A stretch of 64,000 nt of DNA from Eledone cirrhosa (lineage: Eukaryota): the NCBI GenBank assembly GCA_964016885.1, contig OZ024753.1, positions 39,680,001 through 39,744,000 of the forward strand, read 5' to 3'. Below, one piece after another: positions 1 to 13,700 of this stretch. The first letter of the stretch is position 1. The number at the start of each line of letters is the position of its first letter. The position numbers and the translations under genes were made by a program. The notes beneath the pieces are model-generated. The model had not been told where the DNA came from. It ran no database searches and saw only the letters and a list, made by a program, of their open reading frames with translations.

Positions 1-963
1 TTTAGTAATATATTTCTATTGTGATACATGTTTCTGTAGAATTGCTTGACATACCTGTTAGAAACAGCAGCTAAATATCCCTCAAATCTCTCCCTGCCTT
101 CATAAAAATAGGAAACAGTAAAGCTGGGTATTGGATGATCCCACATGGTGCAGTGTTGATACTTTTTATGACTGCAGACTATTATTTTTCTTTTCTTTTC
201 TAAGTCAGGTGTCTTGCTTCTTTCAAATTTTAATATTTAATGGTAAGAAGGGGGTAGATTGTCAGTAACTGATAGAGCATCAGACAATATGCTCTGTGGT
301 ATATAGTTACAGCCCCTTTACATTCTGAGTTCAAATCCCACTAAGGTTAGCTTGGCCTTTCATCCCTCCGGGATTAGATAAAATAAAGTACCAGTAACAC
401 ACTGGCTCGATTTAATCGACTTTCCCCTTCCATAATAATTGTCGCCCTTGTGCCTAAATCAGGTAAGAAATCTAATGAATATTTCATTAAATTATTGATT
501 AATTAATTATTAACTATGTAATTGAGACCAGAACTGACCTACAAGTATCTAATATGGCTAACTGAACACACACAAGTACTTTCTCTTTCTTCTTTTATTC
601 CTCATTCTATGTTCTAATGAAAGTCTGACATCTAAAACGTTAATACACTATCTCTGATATATCAGGGTTAAACTGTTTGCTGAAGAATCTCAACCATTTG
701 TAACATAGTTTCTACAGTTGAATGCCCTTCTTATCATTAAACACTTTATAGTGTGAACTGAGTGCATTTTATCATACCACCAATACAACAGAAATTCTCT
801 GCCAGGATTTAAGGGTCTTCTCCTTGTATCAGTTTTTATTCTCCTAGATGGGTTGCCTTCGCGAGGGCTTACTGAGACCACATCTACACTGTGCTATCTT
901 GTTTATTCAGAGACGTAATCAGTAGAAAATACCTGTATCTCATTTCTTTCTTTTTTCTTGTAG

Positions 964-1050
964 AATAAGAAGGAAAAACGGACCAAAGTTGCCAAAGAAA
1001 AACCAAACAGAGCAGCACAGTATAAGTGGAAAGCAGGACGGAAAAGATAA
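964..1050 (+). CDS. UTP11: Terminal coding exon of U3 snoRNP/SSU processome protein UTP11 (rest of gene upstream of window)
   Basis: Polypyrimidine tract + AG at 962-963, then NKKEKRTKVAKEKPNRAAQYKWKAGRKR*. This resembles the UTP11 C-terminus (human ...KVKKETVNSPAIYKFQSRRKR*). AATAAA at ~1107 and ~1124. Confidence 0.8.
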   Translation, partial: NKKEKRTKVAKEKPNRAAQYKWKAGRKR

Positions 1051-1189
1051 AGCTACTCTACAACTTATGGAACATAGACAGAAATTATCAACTTTTCTTA
1101 GAACATAATAAAACATTTTCTTAAATAAAATTATCTTTTCCTGTTATTCATTATTTCCTTCTTTTATTATCTGTGTATATTTCATAGTG

Positions 1190-1470
1190 CAGGCACGTGG
1201 CCTAGTGGTAAGGGTGTTGGACTTATGATCATAATGGCATGGGTTCAATTCCTGGACTGGGTTGTGTGTTCTGCTCTTGAGCAAAATATTTCATTTTATG
1301 TTGCTCCAGTATACTCAGCTGAAAATGAGTACCAGCAATAGCTGGGGGTTTAACCCTGCGATGGACTGACATCCTGTCCAGAGGGGTGTCTTGTATTCTC
1401 AGTCGCTTCATACCATGAAACAGAGATAAGCACTGACTTAATGAGCCTTCTGGCTTAAGACAGACTTTAG
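1190..1470 (+). mobile_element. CORE-like tRNA-derived SINE; related copies at 8405-8615 and 51314-51435
   Basis: TGGCCTAGTGG A box, GGTTCAATTCC B box, CTTGAGCAAAATATTTCATT..GTTGCTCCAG CORE-like segment. Confidence 0.7.
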
Positions 1471-1529
1471 TTTATCTCATTTTGTTATAATATTTCTAAT
1501 GAAAAACTCTACCTATGATTTTCTAATAA

Positions 1530-1775
1530 CACAAGGACTTGTGAGTAACCCTACTCTCACCTGTGCAGTTATTTCTGGCACCACACCTGAATAGTGGAGT
1601 TTCCATCCTTCATCCAAATCCACAGTACCAGAACCACAGAACTTTGTTGAGAAAACCCTGACTATATCTAACCGGTAACATCTGGCGTCCTCTACTAGAT
1701 TCTGCTCCTTACCTGTAAGGGTTGTAACGTTCCAGTTGCTAATTGTTAAGTCGTGCTCCCTTATGGACCTTCTGA
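1530..1775 (-). mobile_element. LINE (RTE-like) AP-endonuclease N-terminal fragment
   Basis: ISNWNVTTLTGKEQNLV...LDIV...GSGTVDLDEGWKLHYSG...VGLL matches the start of the APE domain; degenerate. Confidence 0.75.
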
Positions 1776-2211
1776 GCAAAGAAAAATACACCATATATAT
1801 CCCTGCCTGTCTTAAAAGGCAGCTAAAGGCATTAACATAAGAGCATACAGATATTATAAAAAAAATATGTACTGGGATCAGTATGATCCCTTTTTAAGAC
1901 ACTGCTCCAGTATGGCCTCGGTTACCTGGCAGAAATATTAAATGTGCAAAAGAATTAATATAAATGCTTTCTAATTTAGGCACAAGGCCTGCTATTAGAA
2001 AGCATTTATATAACAATATGAAAAGTATACATATAATAGATTACCATTGTGACAAGTTTTCTAGACTCATTCCGAAAAAGAAGAATACCGTGTGGCTAAA
2101 ATTATATGAAATGAATAAGAAATATGGGCGAAGACAACGGAAAAACGAACGAAACAGAGTCTCATGTATTAGCAATTAAACGATATATACATGCATATAC
2201 ACACATATGTG

Positions 2212-3130
2212 TCATCATCATCATCGTTTAACGTCCATCTTCCACGCTTGCATGGGTTGTCCTGCTCGTATAGGACTGTCTGGCGGGTTTTCTACGGCTG
2301 GATGCCCTTCCTAACACCAACCACGTTTACAGTGTGGACTGGGAGGTTTTTACCGTGTTACCTACATTACAGCGTGGACTGTGTGTTTTTTTGTCGTGAC
2401 ACTTACACGTCTGGCGGGTTTTCTATGGCTGGGTGCCCTTCCCAACACCAACCACATTTACAGTGTGTACTGGGTGGTTTTTACCGTGTTACCTACACGG
2501 CCACATTACAGCGTGGACTGTGTTTTTTTGTCGTGACACCTACACGTCTGGCGGGTTTTCTACGGCTGGGTGCCTTTCCCAACATCAACCACGTTTACAG
2601 TGTGTACTGGGAGGTTTTTACCGTGTTACCTACACGGCCACATTACTGCGTGGACTGTGTGTTTTATTTTGTCGTGACACCTATACGACCTCATTTGTTT
2701 CGGACTGGATGTTGTGGTACCAACATAACTTCGCATTTAAGGGGCTGGTGTGGATGGGGTGGGGTGTATTTTGTTAAGAGGTGCCTACTGACTGTAGGTT
2801 TCGCTTTGTACTTAGGCAAGGCGGGTCTTCTCTATTACTGTGTAGCGCCAAAGATCTCGGTCCAGTGACATTGTCTTGGAGAGGTGTAAGTGTGTGAGGT
2901 CGGAATTTATCAAGTCGTCCCAGGTTTTTCTGGGTCTGCCTACTCCGTGGCTACCGTCTATTTTTATTGCCCTGCACTTTTTTATACAGCTGTCGTCTTT
3001 CATGCGCATCACGTGACCGTACCAACGTAGTCTTCTCTCGAGTAAACAACATCTGATCCCTCTTATTCCTAATTTCTCCCTTAGTTCGTTTATGCTTTGC
3101 CGTGAGTGTGTATGTATATTTGCTGAAACC
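2212..3130 (-). mobile_element. 5'-truncated RTE LINE: RT C-terminus, 3' UTR with ~3 tandem 140-bp units and (GAT)n tail
   Basis: ERRLRWYGHVMRM...GRPRKTW...DRDLWR...KTRLA* (stop at 2812), followed by the repeat units and tail. Confidence 0.85.
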
Positions 3131-4593
3131 CCATCCAGCCTTCCAGTGAGATGAAAAGCAAAGCTGACTTCTGTGAAATTTGAACATAACACGTGTAGTA
3201 CCATAATGCATCTGAACACTGTACACAATAAATTTCATTATTATTATTTTAATAAAGAAACCATTACTATTATTTTAAATACTGCAAGGTTTTCTCTCTG
3301 ACCCTCTAATAGCTGTGTCAATCCATAACCTACCAAGCATGTTTAGGACTAATGGTAAGGTGTAACCATAAATTTTAATAACGGTGCCCCATCATGGCCT
3401 CAGTCTGTCGACTGGAAACACGTAATAATATTGTTGTAAGAATAATAGAGGAGCGCAAAATATTGAGAAAACTAAGAAAAATAACTCATAGAATTTTTTC
3501 TGTTGAGTTGTGCCCCTTATGTTTTTTATATTTTTCGTTTCTTCTATGGAATTTTTGTGTGCCACCTTTCGTCTTTACGAGGTCGATAAAATTAAGTACC
3601 AGTAACACACTGGGATCGATTTAATCGATATTCCCCTGCCCTAAAATTGTTTGCCTTGTACCTAAATCAGAAATAATTATTTTCATTGTCAAACCTGGTT
3701 ATACTTAGTACTATAGCGCTATCTTTTTTTAGTTCCTTTTGTTTCCCATGGAACTGTTTTATGTAGTCGATATTACAGAAACGCTTCTATATTTATTTCA
3801 ATTCTAAGACTTCGTTCGCCACATTCAAAACATATTTCTTTTGAATAAATAAATATATACTTCAATACAGGTAAAAAAAAAAAATTAAAAAAACCAAAAA
3901 AAAAACCAACCAGGGGTAGACCCCGAGCAAGATGAGTTGGACAACATCCATGATCTTGGCTTGTCTTGCTTTGGGATCTAGCCAGATCAGTTGGAGATGG
4001 TTGCTTCTGACAGGACATGCTGAAAGGAGTGTTTGAGGACTCTGCCCCCTCGACCTTCTTAGGAATAAGTGGGCGAAGAAGTACATAGATTTTAAAGTAC
4101 ATAGATTTTAAAAACTAAAGAGACGATATATGTTTGTAAATTCAATAGATTATAAAGTGAAACTAAAGAGGTGACATATGTTTGTAAGAATAGTATTTCT
4201 GCGCCGTTCTCGTCTTGAATGTGACCTGGTTACAAAATTCAATGTCAGTTGTTAAAACATGTTTAAAAATAGCAACTTTGTTTCTTAATGAAGCCAATAG
4301 AGATAAACCATTTATAACGAGATGTACTTGACCTTGAAGTTAATTAACAGCCACAGCTCCGAGCTGTTTCAATGTATTTAATGTCTTAATTCTATAACAT
4401 AATAAAGATATCACATGTTGACCTTTGACTTATATTTAATGAGATAAAATTCAAGATAATTGTTCTCATTGGTCAAAATCCTAAATGAACATAATAACAT
4501 GATTTAGCTTACATAGTGAATAATTGTAGAATATCTTCAGTGAGAAGACTGCAAAAGGTATTCCTTCTTCTGTTGGTTTAAAACGAATACAAA

Positions 4594-5058
4594 ATGGACG
4601 TAACAATTACTGGGTATGCTCTACGTGATATTAGATTCCCTACCTCTCTTGGAATGCATGGTTCAGATGCAATGGTATGTATTTTTTATTTGCCACTCTA
4701 CCATTTAAATAATTGTTTCTACTTTAGGCACAAGGCCAGCAATTACCCAGTGCATTACTGGTACTTTATTTTATCGACCCCCGTAAGGTTGAAAGGCAAA
4801 GTCAACCTTACCATTTAAATAATGTCTTATCTTCAGAAAAAAATATTCTTTTGTAAAAATACCTTTTTTTTTTTTTATAATCTTAGAGTGATATCTATTT
4901 CAGAATTTAATGAGGGTTCAGAGTCAGTAATCGTTGAAATAATCAATATTGTTTCTATAATACTAACTTCATATTAACTATGCTAATATATATATATATA
5001 TACATAGTGAGTCTTGTTACTCTGGAGTTTCGCCTGTTCATCTCTCTCTCTCTCTCTT

Positions 5059-5101
<43 letters not shown>

Positions 5102-5407
5102 ATACAATTAAACATAAATAACAACACAATCGATAGAGTATATGGAAGGAATATATTAGGTTTACGCTTGAAATACCAAGAAGAAGGTCTTAACTTTTCG
5201 GACGCTAGTCCTGCATCAGAAGAAAGAATTATACACCTACATACATATATATGTGTATATATATATATTTAGATAAGATAGGGTATGGTAAAAACCAGGT
5301 AGCCCATGACCCACTAGAGTATTCGATATTTGGGATAGTAGAGTGGGTAATATGAAAAGATTCAAGACCCCGAAACGGCTGGAGCTTAGCCGTCGGGGTC
5401 CTGAATC

Positions 5408-5444
<37 letters not shown>

Positions 5445-5756
5445 TATGAAGAGAGAAGAAACATTTAGATATAATTAGTAATAAAATGTATCATACCTAA
5501 ACTGTTCCTAAATTCCTCGACTACGTAGTTTCGTGGCATAAACAAAAACAATATATCAAAGATATAGAGTCCTTGCGAGGTAGTGAAGAAGGCGAGAAGT
5601 ATGAGTAATGGAAGCTTTCCAGTTGTCCCCACATTTCAAAGATTGCTCGACCAGAGGGAGTTATTAATATATTTGGAAACATATTTAACTCACAGTTGGG
5701 TGCGGATGCATTCATGTATATATATATGTGTGTGTCCGCATGTATCTGTGTGTTTC

Positions 5757-5803
<47 letters not shown>

Positions 5804-8800
5804 AGTATATGTTGGTTGTTTACCGACACCTCGGTATGCAGATTGGGGCACTCGACGAAGTGCGCAGGTTGGTTTAGTTACTCCGGAGTAATGTGAAATA
5901 AAATAATTAAGTCAAATATTTAAAATTTGGCTTCGTTTGTTAAAGGTGTACTGCTATATATATTTCGGTGACAGCCATCCTTGGCTGTGACCTCTTCAGG
6001 CAGTTCGAATTAGTTGTGGTAGAGACAGGTACACATGTTTTTGAAGTGTTTAACAACCCAACCAGGAACTGGGCATATCGGAGTATTGACGGAGTTAAAC
6101 ACTTTAACAACATATGTACTCGTCTCTACCACACCAATTCGGACTGCCTGAAGAGGTCGCAGCCAAGGATGGCTGTCACCGAAATATATATAGCAGTACA
6201 TCTTTAATAAACGAAGCCAAATTTTAAATATTTGACTTGATTATTTCATTTGATATATATTTATCCTTATCGAGCCCTCTTTGGATTTTAGTCTTCAAAT
6301 TTATTATTATTACTATATATATATATATATATATTGGTAACTGCTCATACTAATTTGTACTCTTCTGTCTAATTAGAATATAACTTTATAATTTCCTCCA
6401 GAACAAGCAGCCTGATTATTCCTGCAGTTATGTTATTTTAAAGACTAATGGAGAACATGAAGGTCATGGCTTTACATTCACTATTGGACGTGGAAATGAA
6501 ATAGGTAAGAAACGTTGTTGATTGTTAGTTTTGTTGTCCAATACCAAACCAGATTGAGCAAGACATATGAACTAAAGCATTGTAGCCATAACCATTAAGT
6601 ATTTTTATGAGCTTGTATTACTACATTGAGGCAGCAAATTGACAGAGTTGTTAGAACATTGGATAGAATAATTTGTGGTATTCATTATGACTTTCTGCTC
6701 TCCGAGTTCAAATCCTGCCAAGGACAACTTTGCATTTCATCTATTTAAGGTCGATAAAATAATTACCGGTCTAATACCGGTGCCAATTCTTCCTCTATAT
6801 CTCTGTTTCACTCTCTATTCTTCTCTGGAAGAAATCTGTTGTATTCAGACTTGAGGAGGAGATTTGCTCCATCAGGTTTAAATTAAAAATTACCTAGGAA
6901 TGTCATATGTCAATACAGTGTCCTTACAACTCGCTCAAGTGTTTCAGGACCATGTATGCGTGTATACCTGTAGGTTTATAACATTGATTCATATTTCTGT
7001 TGTTTTTCAGTCTGTTCCGCTGTTAAGGCCCTCATTAAACTTGTTGTTGACGTCAAAGTCAAAGATATTTACAAAGACTTTGGAATGTTCTGGAGACATC
7101 TGACCAGTGACGACCAAATGAGATGGGTTTGTACTAAAAAAAAAAAAAAACACTATATTTTTCTCTGTTTACGAAACATTTCTATTTTTAATGAATTAAT
7201 CATTCTTATTAATAACTGCATTATTCCTTTCCGGGGACTATGTTAAAAAAATAAGCCTCATTTGGTTATTCCAAGAGAGTATTTTGGTCAACCTATGAAA
7301 TCTTCAGCTAATGAACTTTCCAGCCAACCCTCATATATTAATAATAACCATTCTTTTACAGATCGGCCCTGAAAAAGGTGTGATTCACCTGGCAACCGCA
7401 GCTATTGTCAATGCTCTCTGGGACTTGTGGGCTAAAATAGAAGGAAAGGTGAGCCATCACGATGTCTTTACTTTACATATATGTATACTGTATAATCTAC
7501 CATCCTCAGGGAGACGACCCCTTTGCTTGACTCCAGCAAGAAATTGCCAGAATGCAGAGTAAATAAAGGGATTTGCCTCAAGTTGGTCATTCTATGGCAT
7601 ACATGCCCTTTATTATATAAATACCAAAGGGCTGCAGATTGGCAGTATTGGCAGAGTGCCATCAAATATGCTTTGCAGTATATAGCTATGTCCCTTTACA
7701 TTTTGAGTTCAAATCCTACCAAGGTCAGTTTTGGCTTTCATCCTTATCGGGTTAATAAAATAAAGCACCTGAACACACTGGGGTTGACTTAATCAACTTT
7801 ACCCCCAGCCCGAGATTGTTGTCCTTGTGCCTAAATCAGAACCCAATACATACATACCTGATAATATATAATCCAATTATTATATATACACATGAATATC
7901 ATATTATTTATCATATAATATCCCTGTTTCCTATTATGTAAGTCTGCCATTATATCAAACAATCAATCAAAGTTATCTGATCATTTTGTGTTTGTTTTTC
8001 TTTACTTCCAGCCTTTATGGAAACTTCTAGTTGATATGGTAAGTTAAACTTATAATATAAACTTGTTATTCACGCTGTAAAGTAATTGGTGATAGGAAGG
8101 GCATCGAGCTGTAGAAATCTTGTTACTCAAAGTGTTGAGAGGACCCTCGGTTGTTTAAAAGACATGACAACCTCTTCTCCTGTGTGCTCGATGGAATGTA
8201 TGGTCGTATGTAAGCGAGACACACAAACGTGTTATTTCGTCAATTCTCTTTATGTCCTGGATTACATTTTTGTGAAATTAATAATGGATTATATATAGAT
8301 CAGCTAATAACTGATGCAGGTGGCTTGTTCCATGCTTCAGCAACTCTGAGCATGAAAAAATGTTTCCGAAAGTCATGGGAGCTGTGCTGTTGAATTCACA
8401 GACAAGCTAGTGTGTGCGTCTTTGAGCAAAACACTTCATTTCACGTTGCTTCAGTATACTCAGCTGCCAAATGGGCACCAGCAATAGCTGGGGGTTTAAC
8501 CCTGTGATGGACTGGCGTCCTATCCAGGGGATGCCTTGTACTTTCAATTGCTTCACGCCATAGAAACCGGAACAAGTACTGGCTCGATGAGCTTCAGAGT
8601 TCGAGACAGACTTTAGACTGTTTTAACATTTGTCTTCTTATTTACACAGGATCCACAACAACTGGTACCTGTTATTGATTTTAGATATATGTAAGTTTAT
8701 TTTACAAGTTATTTTTCACAACTTCATTCTAAACTTTCAAGTGGCTGTGTTCTTCGTATTTCTGATAATACTCTGTTCTCTTTAAAACCAGCACTATGTC

Positions 8801-10306
8801 ACCGTATTATCTTAACGTCTCTTACTCTAGACCCTTTAGTAACATCATCAATATCAGTGTTATTTATCACTCCTTCTGGTTTACAAATGTGTCTAAGATA
8901 TCGTACCAATAAAATAATTGTTTCTACTTTTGGTACAAGGCCAGCAATTATCCCAGTGTATTACTGGTACTTTATTTTATCGACCCCGTAAGGATGAAAG
9001 ACAAAGTTAACCTCGGCGTGTACCAATAAAATAATAGTCTGCTCAAAGCTTTTGACCTTCAGTTTTTAAGGGAAATAACTCATAATCACCAGTTTATTTT
9101 ATTCAAGGGAAGTAGCTCTCCTAAAACTATTTCGAATTATGTTCATTAAAATGAACAAAAACAAAAAAAAAAACAAAAAAAAACAATTAGAATATTAAAA
9201 GGAAGAAAACACGACCTTAACTGTTATTAGTTGTTTTATATTTAAATAAAATAGAAACTAATTGTTTTTATGAGCTGAAAAAATTAACTGGTTAATAAAA
9301 ATTATTCAGTAATTATAGTCAGGTGCCAAAACTACACCTTATGTACCCCTTCCATACACATGCACACATGTGTATATCATGACTCATGCACTGTTCATTT
9401 TCCTGACGTTTGTACATTACCCTATGTACTATACATACACTTTTTGATGAGTTGTAGTGCACCTGAGCACTGTACACAAAATATATATTTTCATTATTTT
9501 CAAAATATACATTATCATCTGGTATCGTTTCCTCTCAGCAAGTTGACTACCATAGACCAACATCCTAGCTTTTCTGCTGCTGTCCTTATATATTCACTCT
9601 ATTTTAAGCCTGTCCAAGTTTTCGTATTCATCCAAATAATACTAGATTCCTCCTTTTCATGTTTATTTTACGGCTGGTGGTAATGATAATATAAAATGCA
9701 TAACTTTTAACAATTTTTAATAATTAAATCTCTTTTACTATTTTCAGAAAAGATGTCTTAACAGAAGAGGAAGCAGTGGGTTCGTATATTTTCAAAATTA
9801 ATAACAATGTCTCAAAAGTAAAAACGTAAATCTTTAAAAAAAAACACTTTTTTATTTAACAAAATAATGGTGTTTTCTTGCATTCCTATTACAAATGCTT
9901 TACACTGAAATGATAATGATAATGAAAATTATTATGTACACTGCTCAGGTGCACTACAACTCATCAAAGGTGCATGTACAGTACATATACAATGGTTTCA
10001 GATTTAGGCACAAGGCCAGCAATTTGTGGAGGGAGGAAAGTTGATTACATTGACAACAGTACCACAACAACAACAACAACAACAACAACACCTAAAATAT
10101 TAAAGAAATCATTAATGTATTTCCAAGAGTTGTGGTTAATGATTTGAGAAAATGGTATTAGGTTTATTTTTATTAATTTAAATACTTTTGCAGGCACAAC
10201 AATAGTTTCTTCCCATTATATTCATATTTACTCATCTTTTTTTTTTAATAATTTAGGCCTCCTTGAAGAAATGAAAAAAGGAAAGGTTGAGCGAGGTGAG
10301 TCATCT

Positions 10307-10371
<65 letters not shown>

Positions 10372-10372
10372 C

Positions 10373-10419
<47 letters not shown>

Positions 10420-10423
10420 CTGC

Positions 10424-10463
<40 letters not shown>

Positions 10464-10464
10464 C

Positions 10465-10509
<45 letters not shown>

Positions 10510-10513
10510 CTGC

Positions 10514-10548
<35 letters not shown>

Positions 10549-10555
10549 TATCTGC

Positions 10556-10590
<35 letters not shown>

Positions 10591-10752
10591 TACTGTATAT
10601 ATGTATATATACTGTATATATATGTATATATACTGTATATATATATATATATACTGTATATATATATATATATATATATATATCCATATATATATATACT
10701 GTATATATATATATATATATATATCCATATATATATATATCCATATATATAT

Positions 10753-10789
<37 letters not shown>

Positions 10790-13700
10790 CAAATATGAAC
10801 ACACTGCTACACATACATTTAAACACACACACACTTACGTGTATGTGGTCATATGTATGTATATATGTGTTTGTATCTATGTATAAGTGCATAAACTGTC
10901 TCCAGGAAAGCATACCTATATAGAGATATATAATTAAATGATACAAAAAATAATGTACACTTCTACACCCATTTATTCCTTTGAGGGTTGTAGGGGTAGA
11001 GTCCTCAAACACACCTTCCAGTGGGCCCTGTCAGAAGCAACCATATCTAATTGATGCAGCTGGATCCCCAAGCAAGACCAACGACCTCATGGATGTTATC
11101 AAACCAGCTTGCTCATGGTTTACTCCTGGGTTTCCTGCCAGTTGTTAAATTACAAAACAAGAATACCTTCCAACCCACAATAATAAATTAAAACTGTATT
11201 CAAGTTTTGTACAAAAATGTCTTTGATATATTTTCAGAAAAACATCTTCTAGAGAAAGGCTACCCAGCATACACTACTTCTTGTGGTTGGTTAGGTTATC
11301 CAGATGAGAAGATTCGTAAGGTAAAATGATTCTATATTCATTCATTTACAAAAGCCACTCCATTTCTTTCCTCGAGTGGGCTGCCATCTTTCCATTTAAA
11401 TAAAATTGATTACTTCGTCAAAAGCAAAAGAAACAAACAATTGTTCTGGGTTGATAGATAGCACCAACTTACCTCTTTCATCATCATCATCATCATCGTT
11501 TAACGTCCATTTTCGACGCTAGCATGGGTCTGGACGGGAATTGTCCCACTTGAGGCAAGATTGGTTGTCTTGCTCAGGACTGTCTGGCGGGTTTTCTACG
11601 GCTGGATGCCCTTCCTAACACCAACCACGTTTACAGTGTGGACTGGGAGGTTTTTACCGTGTTACCTACACGGCCACATTACAGCATGGACTGTGTGTTT
11701 TATTGTCGTGACACCTACATGTCTGGCGGGTTTTCTACGGCTGGATGCCCTTCCTAACACCAACCACGTTTACAGTGTGGACTGGGAGGTTTTTACCGTG
11801 TTACCTACACGGCCACATTACAGCATGGACTGTGTGTTTTATTGTCGTGACACCTACACGTCTGGCGGGTTTTCTACGGCTGGGTGCCCTTCCCAACACC
11901 AACCACGTTTACAGTGTGTACTGGGAGGTTTTTACCATGTTACCTACATGGCCACATTACAGCGTGGACTGTGTGTTTTATTGTCGTGACACCTACACGT
12001 CTGGCGAGTTTTCTACGGCTGGGTGTCCTTCCCAACACCAACCACGTTTACAGTGTGTACTGGGAGGTTTTTACCGTGTTACCTACACGGCCACATTACA
12101 GCGTGGACTGTGTGTTTTTTTTTGTCACGACACCTACATGACCTCATTTGTTTCGGACTGGATGTTGTGGTACCAACATAACTTCACATTTAAGGGGGTG
12201 GTGTGGATGGACGCTTTGTACTTAGGCAAGGCGGGTCTTCTGTATAACTGTGTAGCGCCAAAGATCTCGGTCCAGTAATTAAACACAATAGAGTTGTGAA
12301 GTTAAAGTTTTATTGAATAATTTTGTTTTACTGTTTCAGCTTTGTAAAGAAGCTCTCGCTGAAGGATTTACACAGTAAGTAAAGATTGTTTTTTTTATTT
12401 AGTCAGAATTCAGATAAATAGACTATAGGATTTTAAAACTAGTAAATTTGAAAGACATTTTTATGTAACAATTCCTACTATTTAAATTATAAGCCAGGCT
12501 GTAAAAACATAAATAAATATGTTTTATAAGCTGTATTTTAGCATCTCCACATCATTCTTTATATTAACTATTCCAAATATTTGACAGATTTAAAGCCAAG
12601 GTCGGAGCTAATTTGAAAGATGACAAAAGAAGGTGCCAAATTATCCGTGAAGAGATTGGTTTTAACAATAGTTTGGTTCGTATTTGTTCTTTAGTTATTT
12701 TGTCTTTAATTTTGTGTTGTCGATGGTCCAGTTAATAGAGTATTAATCTACCAGATATAGGAACAATTGTTCACAACCTAATGCTGTCAGGGCCATCTTA
12801 ACAGCATTCTAGGCCCCCGAGCAAAGCAGAGCACAAGAGCCCCTACCTACACAACCACTCACAGGAATAAAAAATACAAATGGGCCCCCTATCCTCGTGG
12901 GGCCCCCGGGCAACTGCCCAGCGTGCTCATGCATTAAGATGGCTCTGAATGCTGTACTGTGATGTTACTATAGCTTGTGTTACCACTTAACTTTAAGATT
13001 ATATTACCAACAGACAACATGTTTATAAAAATAAGAAAAGAAAAAGATATTTCATCAATAAATTATTTGATTGGAAAGTATTATCAATTGATTTGAATAT
13101 TATAGATATTGATTTCTATATTTAGATGGTTGATGCCAATCAGAAATGGGAAGTACACGAGGCAATTGACTGGATGAAAGAACTGGCAGAGTATAAACCT
13201 GTATGGATTGAAGAACCTACAAGTCCAGATGATATTGCAGGTCATGCTCTGATTCGTAAAGTAAGTTTAATGGTTTCTAACATAGCCACATACCCAGCAA
13301 TTTTTGAAGGGTGAGGGTAAAGTCAATTAAATCGGCCCAGTATGTTACTGGTACTTAATTTTATCGACCTTGTAAGGATGAAAGGCAAAGCTAATCCTAA
13401 CCCTAACTCAGAATGTAAAGGGTTATAACTATATGCAGCAGAGCATGTTGTCCGACACTCTACCAATCCACTGCCCTAATAATAATTGTTTCTACATTTG
13501 ACACAAGGCCAGTAATTTGAAAGGAAGGAGAAAGTCAATGAAATCAACCCTAGTGTGTTACCGGTACTTTATTTTATCAATCTTTAAACTGGCTGCATTC
13601 AGCCAGAATTCTTTCCCCATTTTGAAACCGGCTGTAACCAGCAGCTCACACTGATGTTAAGATCTTATTCTTAAAATAAACAATAATATCATCAAAATCT

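Noticed and set aside
10245-11012. Long YIYI/THTH/CVCV ORFs here and at 22150-22480, 28950-29570, 30960-31680
   Set aside because: Translations of stop-free dinucleotide microsatellites.
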